Source: Chiloscyllium plagiosum (taxonomy: Eukaryota). Taken from it: a stretch of DNA of 49,647 nucleotides. Of this stretch, positions 37,102-46,959 are shown piece by piece (position 1 is the stretch's first letter; the number at the start of each line of letters is the position of its first letter). The stretch spans positions 91,396,767 through 91,446,413 of the forward strand of contig NC_057719.1 of NCBI RefSeq assembly GCF_004010195.1, given 5' to 3'. The notes beneath the pieces are model-generated. The model saw nothing but the letters and a program-made list of their open reading frames with translations, made no database searches and was not told the DNA's origin. Both the position numbers and the translations under genes were made by a program.

Positions 37102-37492
37102 CTAATTTCCTGGCTACATTGGTAAGCCAGAGCTTTTCTGATTGGCCCAGACTAACAATGAGGTCAACCTGGTTCCAATCACTACAGTCAGAGCCAGGGG
37201 AATTTTTAATGGAGCACAGAGAAATGGAGGAAATGTTAAATGTTTACTTTGTAGCTGTTTCCTCTGAGGAAGAGATAAAAAGATGTCCCAGACGTAGATA
37301 TCCAAGTGCCTCGGAGTTCAAGAAATTTAGTGTTAGTAAGAAGGTTCTACTGAGAAATGAATGGGGCTGAAAGCTGACAAAATCTCCACAATCTAAATGA
37401 CCTTCCTCCAGAATATTGAAGTAGGTGGCTATAGTAATAGTTAATGAATTGTTGATTATCTTCCAAAATTCTATAAATTCTGGAATGATTCC

Positions 37493-38546
37493 TTGGTGGA
37501 GGGTTGTTTTTCAGACTGGAGGCCTGTGACCAGTGGAGTGCCACAAGGATCACTGCTGGGCCCTCTACTTTTTGTCATTTACATAAATGAGTTGGTTGCG
37601 AGCATAAGAGGTACAGTTAGTAAGTTTGCAGATGACACCAAAATTGGAGGTGTAGTGGACAGCGAAGAAGGTCACCTCAAATTACTTCAGGATCTGGACC
37701 AGATGGGCCAATGGGCTGAGAAGTGGCAGATGGAGTTTAATTCAGATAAATGCGAGGTGCTGCATTTTGGGAAAGCAAATCTTAGCAGGACTTATACACT
37801 TAATGGTAAGGTCCTAGGGAGTGTTGCTGAACAAAGAGACCTTGGAGTGCAGGTTCATAGCTCCTTGAAAGTGAGTCGCAGGTAGATAGGATAGTGAAGA
37901 AGGCGTTTGGTATGCTTTCTTTTATTGGTCAGAGTATCAAGTAGAGGAGTTGGGAGGTCATGTTGCAGCTGTATGGGACATTGTAAGGCCACTGTTGGAA
38001 TATTGCATGCAATTCTGGTCTCCTTCCTATCGGGAGGATGTTGTGAAACTTGAAAGGGTTCAGAGAAGATTTGCAAGGATGTTGCCAGGGTTGGAGAATT
38101 TGAGCTATAGAGAGAGGCTGAATAGGCTGGGGCTGTTTTCCCTGGAGCGTCGGAGGCTGAGGGGTGACCTTATAGAGGTTTACAAAATTATGAGGGGCAA
38201 GGATAGGATAAATAGACAAAGTCTTTTCCCTGGGATCAGGGAGTGCAGAACCAGAGGGCATAGGTTCAGGGTGAGAGGGGAAAGATATAAAAGAGACCTA
38301 AGGGGCAACGTTTTCATGCAGAGGGTGGTATGTGTATGGAATAAGCTGCCAGAGGATGTGGTGGAGGCTTGTACAATTGCAACATTTAAGAGTCATCTGG
38401 ATGGGTATATGAATAGGAAGGATTTGGAGGGATATGGGCCGGGTGCTGGCAGGTGGGACTAGATTGGGTTGGGATACCTGATCGGCATGGACGGGTTGGA
38501 CCGAAGCATCTGTTTCCATGCTGTACATCTCTATGACTCTATGATT
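37493..38546 (+). mobile_element. 5'-truncated CR1
   Basis: GVPQGSLLGP, KFADDTK, ORF 37950-38462 with the CR1 C-terminus; tail ctctatgactctatga. Confidence 0.93.
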
Positions 38547-38618
38547 GAATGGTAGCAAATGGTAGCAAATGGTAGCACTATTCAAAAAGAGAACGAGTGA
38601 GAAAGTAGGGTACTACAG

Positions 38619-38750
38619 TTCTGAAGAAGGATGACTGGACCCAAAACATTTACTGTTCTTTCTCTCTACAGATGATGCCAGAGTTGTGAGTTTTTCCAGT
38701 AATTCCTGTTTTGTTTCAGATTTCCAGCATCTACAGTTCTTTATCTTTGA
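38619..38750 (+). mobile_element. Old Penelope terminal-repeat fragment, 7-bp TSD
   Basis: TSD actacag (38612-38618 / 38751-38757); decayed core ctgaagaagg...cccaaaac. Confidence 0.6.
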
Positions 38751-38927
38751 ACTACAGATTTCTTTGCCTTGCAACAGTAGTGAGAAAAATGCTACAATCA
38801 GTTATAAAGGTAGATAACTAGACAACTGGATAATAAAGATCTGATTGGGCATAGTCAGCATGGATTTGTGAATGGAAAATCATGTTAGAGTGAACAATAT
38901 TGAGAAGGGAGAGCTGAAGAGTTCCTC

Positions 38928-40337
38928 ATGTTGTTCCCTTGTTTAAGTAAAGCAGCAAGGATAATCCAGGTAATTATAGACCAGTGAGCCTGACATCAGT
39001 GGTAGGGAAGCTGCTGGAGAAGATACTAAGAGATAGGACCTATTTCCATTTGGAAGAAAATGGGCTTATGCATGATAGGTAGTATGGTTTTGTGCAGGAA
39101 AGGTCATGTCTTACAAACCTTCGAGGATGTGACAAGGTTGGTTGATGAGGGAAGGGTTGTAGATGTCATATACATGGACTTGAGTAAGGCGTTTGATAAG
39201 GTACCCCATAGTAGGCTGATGAAGAAGGGGCCCAGGGTGTACTGGCTAGATGGATACAGAACTGATTGGGCAACAGGAGGCAGCGAGTAGCAGTGGAAGG
39301 GAGCTTCTCCAAATGGAAAACTGTTACCAGTGGTGTTCCACATGGATCCGTGCTGGGACCACTGGTGTTTGTGACATACACAAATAATTTTGAGGAAGGT
39401 AAAGGTGGGCTGATTAGTAGGTTTGCAGATGACACTAAGATTAGTGGAGTAGCAGATAGTGAAGCGGACTGTCAGAGAATACAGCAGAATATAGATAGGA
39501 GAGTTGGGCAGAGAAGTGGCAGATGGAGTTCAATCCGGGCAAATGCGAAAAGATGCATTTTGGAAGATCCAATTCAAAAGCGAACTATACAGTAAATGGA
39601 AAAGTCCTGGGGAAGCTGATGTACAGAGAGATCTGGGTGTTCAGATCCATTGTTCCCTGAAGGTGGCAACACAGGCCGGTAGAGTGGTCAGGAAGGCTAT
39701 GGCATGCTTTCCTTCATTAGACGGGGTATTGAGTACAAGAGTTGGCAGGTCATGTTACACTTGTATAGGACTTTGGTTTGGCCACATTTGGAATACTGCA
39801 TACAGCTCTGGTCGCCACATGACCAGAAGGATGTTTGTGCTTTGAAGAGCGTGCAGAGGAGGTTCACCAGGATGCTGCCTGGTATGGAGGATGCTTGCTA
39901 TGAGGAGAGGTTGAGTAGATTAGGATTATTTTCATTAGAAAGATGGAGGTTCAGGAGGGGACCTGATTGAGGCCTACAAAATCATGAAACATGTAGACAT
40001 GGTGGATAACAAGAAGCTTTTTCTCAGAGTGGGGGATTCAAATACTAGGCGTCACGAGCTCAAAGTGAGAGGGGAAAAGTTTAAGGGAGATACACGTGGA
40101 AAGTTCTTTACAAAGAGGATGGTGAGTACCTGGAATGTGTTGCCAACGGAGGTGGTAGAGGTGGGCACGATAGCGTAATTTAAGATGTATCTAGACAGAA
40201 AAACGAATGGGCAGGGAGCAGAGGGATACAGACCCTTAGAAAATAGGTGACAGGTTTAGATCAAGGATCTGGATTGGTGCGTGCAAGGAGGGCCGGAGGG
40301 CCTGTTCCTGTGCTGTAAGGTTCTTTGTTCTTCGTTC
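38928..40337 (+). mobile_element. 5'-truncated CR1
   Basis: [33 protein letters not shown]; tail ttctttgttcttcgttct. Confidence 0.9.
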
Positions 40338-40494
40338 TGTGTGAATTTATTCAACAGTCGGAGTATAATTCAGGAAAGCAGGAAGCAGACATTCCTAATT
40401 ATAGGAAATGTTCATAGGTCAAGTCTTTAAATTGTAAAACCATGTATGGTATGCATTCATAAAGGCAAATGTTGCAAGTCAGACATTCTTAAAT

Positions 40495-41190
40495 CAGAAG
40501 GTTTTTGATAAAGTCCCCTCAAGGAGGTTGGTTAGAAGAGGTACAGAACATGGGTTGGGAGGACATGAATTTATGATTGGCTAACAGCTAGAAACAGCAG
40601 GAAACAGCAGGTTCATTCTCACATTGGCAGGCTGTAACCAGTGTGGTAACACAAGAATCGGTGCTTGGGCCCAATATGTACATCAATGATGTGGAGATGG
40701 GGACCAAATGTAATATTTACAAATCTGACGAAGATACAAAGCTAAGTGGGAATGTGTGACGTGAGGAAGATTTTCAGGAGGATTTAGACAGAAGAAGTGA
40801 ATGGACAAGAGTATGGCCAATGTAATACAATATGAAAAAATGTGAGATTATTCACTTTAAAGGAGACATAGATATACACAGCATTTCTGAAATGATAAGA
40901 GTTTGGTAAGTGTAGACGTTTAAAGGGACCCACGGTGAATATAAGGGAGAAGATGAGGGGTAGGTCCTAGATGAATAGATATTCTTTTACTCAGAGGGCT
41001 GTAAATATTTGGAATTCTTTACCTTCAGAGGGTTATGGAAGCTGAGCCTTCGAAAATGTTTATGGCAGAGATTGACAGATTGGAGTACAGGGTTGATGGA
41101 GTGACTAAAAGGTATTGAGGTTTTTGATCAGCCATAATCCTATTGACAGGTGAAGCAGGTTGAAAGGCCTTACTGGCTTACTCCAGTCCC
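40495..41190 (+). mobile_element. Old CR1 RT/3' fragment
   Basis: FDKVP, SVLGP, FTQRAVNIWNSLP. Confidence 0.7.
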
Positions 41191-41779
41191 TGTGTCTCCC
41201 CAGTGATACAACCCTCACACTCAGACTTGAGACCTCACAGTCCTATCCTCCATTGTAAACTTCAAGGTTCCAGGGCCCAGGCTTTCTTCGTCTGCCTAGG
41301 CTCACCAACCTTCAAGTCCTACACTCCTTCCAAGGGACCCCCCAAGCCACTGTCACTGACCAACCTCTAGCACTAGATGGAGTTTGGTCAATCCAATATA
41401 GGCATGCAATTTATTTAAAACTTTTATTTATACTTACTGCATATTAATTTATAAAAACATTTTAAAATTTATTGTTTTAAATATTACTTTTGGAGAGAGT
41501 GACCATAATTCAGTTACGTTTAGTTTAGCGATGGAAAGGGATAGGTACATGCCACAGGTCAAGAGTTATCGATGGGGCAAGGGCAATAAAAATGCAATTA
41601 GGCAAGAATTACGATGCATAGAATGGGGTAGAAAAATGCAGGGGATGCAGACAATTGAAATGTGGAGCTGGTTTAAGGAACAGATATTGCGTGTCATTGA
41701 TAGGTATGTCCCTGTCAGGCAGAGGAAGTGACAAGGTAAGGGAACCGTGGTTTACTACAGAAATTACATTTCTTCTTAA

Positions 41780-43534
41780 GTGGAAGGAGGAGGCTTATGT
41801 GTTGATGAGCTGGAAATGTGTTGCTGGAAAAGCGCAGCAGGTCAGGCAGCATCCAGGGAACAGGAGAATCGACGTTTCGGTTACAGATCAGTGAGGAAGG
41901 ATTTAAAGAGAGAGTTAAGAAGAGCAAAGAGAGGACATGAGCAGTCTTTAGCAAATAGAATAAAGGAGAACGCTAAAGCTTTCTATCGGTATGTGAGGAA
42001 TAAAAGGATGATTAGGGTAGAAATAGGGCCAGTCAAAGACCGAAGTGGGAAGTTGAGTGTGGACCCTGTAGAGACCGGAGAGGTGCTAAATGAACATTTC
42101 TCATTGGTGTTCACTCAGGAAAATGAGAATATTGTAGAGGAGAAGAATAAGGTGCGAGATATTAGACTAGAAAGGATCAAGGTTAGTTACGCACAGGTGT
42201 TATCAATTCTAGAAGGAGTGAAAGTAGACAAGTCCCCTGGGCCAGATGGGATTTATCCGAGGATTCTCTGGGAAGCTGGGGCGGAGATAGCAGAGCCTTT
42301 GGCTTTGATATTTGAGTCATCATTTTCTACAGGTTTAGTACCTGAGGATTCGAGGATTGCAAATGTTGTGCCCTTGTTCAAGAAGGGAAGCAGAGATGAC
42401 CCAAGTAATTATAGACCAGTGAGCCTTACTTCTGTTATAGGAAAGGTTTTGGAAAGGATTATAAGAGATAAGATTTATAATCATCTGGCAAGCAACAATT
42501 TAATTTCAGATAGTCAACATGGTTTCGTCAAGGGCAGGTCATGCCTCACAAACCTCATTGAGTTTTTTGAGAAGGTGACCAAGCATGTAGATGAAGGTAG
42601 GGCAGTTGCTGTGGTATACATGGACTTCAGTAAAACCTTTGATAAGGTTCCACTTGGTAGGCTGATGGAGAAATTGCAAAGGCATGGAATTGAGAGTGAT
42701 TTAGCAGTTTGGATTAGAAACTGGCTTTCTGAAAGAATGCAGCGAGTGGTGGTTGATGGGAAATATTCAGTCTGGAGTCCAGTTACTAGTGGTGTGCCAC
42801 AAGGATCTGTTTTGGGACCACTGCTGTTTGTCATTTTTATAAATGACTTAGATGCAGGCACAGGTGGATGGATTAGTAAATTTGCAGATGACACTAAAGT
42901 CAGTGGAGTAGTGGGCAGTTTGGAAGAATGTTACAGGTTGCAGGGGGACTTGGATAAACTGCAGAATTTGGCTGGGAGGTGGCAAATGGAGTTCAATGAG
43001 GCTAAATATGAGGTGATGCACTTTGGGACGAATAACAGGAAGGCAGAGTACTGGGTCAATGGAAAGATACTTGGTAGTGTGGATGTGAAGCAGGATCTTG
43101 GTGTCCATGTGCATAGATCCCTGAAAGTTGCTACCCACGTTGGTAGTGCTGTTAAGAAGGCATATGGTGTGTTAGGTTTCATTGGTAGAGGGATTCAGTT
43201 CCGGAACCACAATATCATGCTGCAACTATACAAAACGCTGGTGCAGCCACACTTGGAATATTGTGTACAGTTCTGGTCGACACATTTCAGGAAGGATGTG
43301 GAAGCATTGGAAAAGGTGCAGAGGAGATTTACCAGGATGTTGCCTGATCTGGAGGGAAGGTCTTATGAGGAAAGGCTAAGAGACTTCGGTCTGTTCTCAT
43401 CGGAAAGGAGTAGGCCAAGAGGGAATTTGATAGAGACATACAGGATGAGCAGAGGATTAGATAGGGTAGACAGTGAAAGTCTTTTTCCTGGGTTGATGAC
43501 GGCAGCTTGTTCGAGGGGCATAACTACAAATTGA
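41780..43534 (+). CDS. CR1 ORF2 reverse transcriptase domain (584-aa ORF; N-terminus chimeric with a Penelope fragment; no endonuclease; frameshift near the end)
   Basis: [53 protein letters not shown]. Confidence 0.8.
   Translation: MEGGGLCVDELEMCCWKSAAGQAASREQENRRFGYRSVRKDLKRELRRAKRGHEQSLANRIKENAKAFYRYVRNKRMIRVEIGPVKDRSGKLSVDPVETGEVLNEHFSLVFTQENENIVEEKNKVRDIRLERIKVSYAQVLSILEGVKVDKSPGPDGIYPRILWEAGAEIAEPLALIFESSFSTGLVPEDSRIANVVPLFKKGSRDDPSNYRPVSLTSVIGKVLERIIRDKIYNHLASNNLISDSQHGFVKGRSCLTNLIEFFEKVTKHVDEGRAVAVVYMDFSKTFDKVPLGRLMEKLQRHGIESDLAVWIRNWLSERMQRVVVDGKYSVWSPVTSGVPQGSVLGPLLFVIFINDLDAGTGGWISKFADDTKVSGVVGSLEECYRLQGDLDKLQNLAGRWQMEFNEAKYEVMHFGTNNRKAEYWVNGKILGSVDVKQDLGVHVHRSLKVATHVGSAVKKAYGVLGFIGRGIQFRNHNIMLQLYKTLVQPHLEYCVQFWSTHFRKDVEALEKVQRRFTRMLPDLEGRSYEERLRDFGLFSSERSRPRGNLIETYRMSRGLDRVDSESLFPGLMTAACSRGITTN
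41809..41880 (-). mobile_element. Penelope terminal-repeat fragment within CR1
   Basis: Minus ccgaaacgtcgattctcctgttccctggatgctgcctgacctgctgcgcttttccagca (3' half of the hammerhead repeat). Confidence 0.75.
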
Positions 43535-45597
43535 GGGGTGATAGATTTAAGACAGATGTTAGAGGCAGGTTCTTTATGCAGAGAGTGGTAAGGGCGTGTA
43601 ATGCCCTACCTGCTAATGTAGGCAGCTCAGCCACATTAGGAAGATTTAAACAATCCTTAGATAAGCACATGGATGATGATGGGATAGTGTAGGGGGACGA
43701 GCTGAGAATAGTTCACAGGTCAGCATTACATCGAGGGCAGAAGGGCCTGTTCTGTGCTGTATTGTTCTATGTTCCATTACTTCATTCGTAAATATAGACA
43801 TTTAGGAATCCACAGTTTAGTCACCCTGCATGTTGGTTTGCCCAGTGAGAAATTTATTCTGTGTGTAACTTGACTTGCACTTTTTCAATTTCACTAGCTT
43901 TACAGGACATGTCTGACATCAATAAAGATGGCAATGCTTAACTTCAGTGAGCTTGTTTCGTATTATAAAATCTGCACCATTAATAGATACAATTCCCAAA
44001 ACCGTAAAACAGGGAAAGAAACCATAAATAAAAAGAAAATTTATAACAATACAGCAGTGAAACAACCTTCGTTAATACATTATTAAATAAACTGCTTTTT
44101 GGAGAGTGTGTTCATTCACCTACCACCATCAGCAATTGCATTGACCACATAGTTCTATGGTTATTGTTTTTGGTTGCCTGCTTTATTGGGGGGAAGATAT
44201 GGAGACTTCATGCTTGAACTCAATTTGTTTTAAGAATTCTCTGTGCCATTGTCCTTCCATCTGAAACTATGCACTGACCAAATGTGCCAAATGCCTTCAC
44301 CATCCTCTCTATTTGTGACTCCGCTTTCAGTGAACTATGAACTTGCACTCCTCGGTCTCTTTGTTTAGTTTTCACAAAACTCATAAAGGAGGATGTAACT
44401 CAGGCAGCAGCTGAACAGATGTTTGATTTTTAAGGAAAAAAATTGTTCCTTTCCTGAAACTGTTGTGCAACTGGAACGCACATAACTGTGTGCTGTTAGC
44501 CTCACGAGCATTTTGCCGGCAAAATCTGATCCATTAACAAAGACATTTCTCCTCTTTGATGGAAGAAGGTCGCGCTGGAAAGGAACAGATCGAAGGTCAT
44601 CGTGAGACCACAAGGCTGAGTGTTATTGATCCTCCAGCTTATGGCAACGTTTTTAAACAGATGCAGATCAATACTGAAATATTATACCCTGAAATTTGAT
44701 ACAAGGACAGGAACAAATTTGACAGAATGGATTTCAAGTGGTTTGCTGTTCAATAATTTATGAGGAATTGGAAAATGTAACGTGATGTAAGAAAAAAAAA
44801 CTACCAATTTCTGGAGTCACTAGAAAATTGCTTCAGACCCAATAAGGCAATTAGGCTAACTCCAGGAGAAGGTAATTATCTATGAAATGCTTCAGCTAAC
44901 TGTAGACTCACCACATTACAATATTTTTCAAAGCATACGACTGTATAGCCAGAAATGGCCCTTCACATCCATTGGACTCCATTCAATAATCATAGAGCTC
45001 TCAACACATCCTCTTTTAAATAATTTACCAGCCAACACTGCATCCATCTTAAAATTTATAATATAAGCTGCTTCTTCTGTGAGGCTGCACTCATTGTCAG
45101 ATTGTCATACTGCTCAAATTTTCAATACTGTCAAAATACTCTACATTTCTTTACAGAAATCTTGGGGTCTCCCTCTCTAATGGCAATGTGAGTGCTGCTA
45201 CACGAAACAGACTGCAGCACTTCAAGAAGGCAGCTCAGCATCACCTTCTCTAGAGGCAGCCAAGGATGGGCTATACATATTGGCCTAGCCCAGATTCCAC
45301 AAAGGATTTCTTTTTAAAGAAATGGGTCTTCTGAATCTGGCTTCTCCAGATTGTGGATTGTAGCATCAATCAAAAAAAACCCATCACAGTGCTGTAACGT
45401 TGTGGGAAGACAATACACTCCTGCATTTTTGCAGCACTATCTGCTGTGTGGTAATGTTTAAATGTTGCATGTGAATATTAGGGGATGTGTGAGTGGATGA
45501 AGTCTGGGGGTTAGTGTCGTAAATGGGTGGGGTGACAAGTCAAGAGTGTGGTGCCAGAAAAGCACAGCCGGTCAGGCAGCATCTGAGGAGCAGGAGA

Positions 45598-45631
45598 GTC
45601 GATGTTTCAGGCATAAGCCCTTCATCAGGAA
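45598..45631 (-). ncRNA. Minimal hammerhead ribozyme motif
   Basis: CTGATGA-AGGGC-TTAT-GCCT-GAAA-CA-TC. Confidence 0.65.
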
Positions 45632-45962
45632 TGAGGCTTGTGGGCCAAGGGGCTGAGAGATGAATGGGAGAGGGGTGGGGCTTGGGAGAAGGTAGCTGAG
45701 AATGCAATAGCAAATGAAGATGGGGGAGAAGGTGATACATCGGAGAGGAGGGTGGGGCGGACAGTTGGCGGACATGGGCAGGTCAAGAGGGTGGTGCTGC
45801 CTTGGAGGCTTGGGACTGGGATAAGGTGGGAGGAGGGGAAATGAGGAAACTGTGAAATCCACATTAATGTCGTGGGGTTGTAGGGTCCCAAGGCGGAAGA
45901 TGAGGCATTCTTCCTCCAGACGTCAGGTGGTTAGGGTTTGGTGATGGAGGAGGCCTCCATTT

Positions 45963-45989
45963 CTGATGAAGGCTTATGCCCGAAACGTC
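45963..45989 (+). ncRNA. Minimal hammerhead ribozyme motif
   Basis: CTGATGA-AGGC-TTAT-GCCC-GAAA-CG-TC with palindromic ACGT stem III and GUC cleavage triplet. Confidence 0.7.
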
Positions 45990-46714
45990 AATTCTCCTGC
46001 TCCTCGGATGCTGTCTGACCTGCTGTGCTTTTCCAGCACCACACTCTCGATTCTGATCTCCAGCATCTGCGGTTCTCACTTTCTCTGGGGTGACAAGTGT
46101 GTGGAGTGTTGTGTGGGTGGAGCGATGGGTGGCCTGAGTGTCAAGTGAATGAATGACAGGTAGTTGGTGGCAGGTGAATGGGGGTACGGGCGGATCAGGT
46201 GGCAGGTAGGTGAGGTGGCACATGGAGAGAAGGGGTGTAGAACTAATTGGATAGTTCTTTCATGATGGGCCAAGTGCTATGAATTTCTATGATAGAATCA
46301 CAGTTTTGCTGCAGTTGCAGAGTAACTAAGTCTAAGTTTTCATTTTGTACAAATCTAATTACTTCATTGGTTATAGTTCTCATTATCCTTAAATTACAAT
46401 TTTAAATCCTGTAGTTGCCAGCCTTGAGCAAAGATTTAACAGTCTTCTAGTCAAAGAATAATTTAATTAAAAAGTAGCTTAAACAAGATATTTCAGTCCG
46501 ATGAACGTTTTGACTCAGGAGCATATAAAACTAATCAACTTAGCATGACTTAGCACTTGATTTCAACTTCAAATCAAATACTAGAATTAAGTATTTAAGG
46601 GTACCTTGGACAGGAATGAAAAGTGGCATATCATTATGTTTGCTTTTCCTAAACATTTTCAACCTCAAAAATAGAGACTTACTCTGCTAGAGGAGAAGAT
46701 GCTAGTTATTTGGT

Positions 46715-46804
46715 GAATTAGACAAGCAGGAGGCTGGAAGAGCACAGAAAGCCAGGCAGCATCAGGAGGTGAAGAGGTCAACGTTTCAAGTATAACCCTT
46801 CTTC
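46715..46804 (-). mobile_element. 90-bp Penelope terminal-repeat insertion with hammerhead motif, 11-bp TSD
   Basis: TSD agttatttggt (46704-46714 / 46805-46815); minus CTGAAGA-AGGGTTATACTT-GAAA-CG-TT. Confidence 0.7.
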
Positions 46805-46959
46805 AGTTATTTGGTAAGCATCTATTATGTGACTAAGGTGAATTCTATTCCAAAGTTTCAATATAGGATAACAACTAATGGTAAGATGAATAAAATATAT
46901 AAAATTATAATTAAAGACATATTTGAATAAGATAATTAAATAGTTACTTAAACCACAAT

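Larger units (their letters stand above)
29017..37186 (-). mobile_element. Decayed full-length Gypsy LTR retrotransposon (Mag/K02A2.6-like)
   Basis: Both LTRs start TGTAGTGA (37186, 31356); the 3' LTR ends TTTCA at 29017; imperfect TSD ggcag/gtcag; PBS-like TGGTGATGGGAG (36114-36103); PPT GGGGAAGGGCA (31367-31357); gag MSLFGKLDPFEP from 36025 and LRGLAEACDFG..MLRHRLVC; protease region IAMEV; RT AYLQLQLDEES..TINTH..RLPF..IYLDD; RNase H RIQHW..ANADAL; integrase tail GPVTY. Confidence 0.9.
36115..37186 (-). repeat. 5' LTR of the Gypsy element (pieces 36115-36249 and 37102-37186), split by two Tx1 fragments
   Basis: Homologous to the 3' LTR pieces; adjacent to the PBS-like site and gag. Confidence 0.85.
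28020..37492 (+). mobile_element. Old CR1 ORF2 (28020-29016 and 37187-37492), host of the Gypsy insertion
   Basis: ESIWVELRN, IYNPP, DFNLHIN on the left; EPGEFLMEHREMEEMLNVYF on the right; colinear across the Gypsy element. Confidence 0.7.
41490..43775 (+). mobile_element. Relatively young 5'-truncated CR1 with a long open RT frame
   Basis: SDHNSV at the start; RT frame open from about 41881 to 43534; tail gttctatgttc. Confidence 0.93.
45541..46085. mobile_element. Penelope-like insertion with inverted terminal repeats and 13-bp TSD
   Basis: TSD tggggtgacaagt (45528-45540 / 46086-46098); 45541-45628 inverts 45963-46050; minus-strand remnant RLEEECLIFRLGTLQP. Confidence 0.85.

Noticed and set aside
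36231..37120. Three 19-bp direct repeats with about 400-bp spacers (array-like)
   Set aside because: Not CRISPR or satellite: eukaryotic context, and the spacers are homologous Tx1 fragments.
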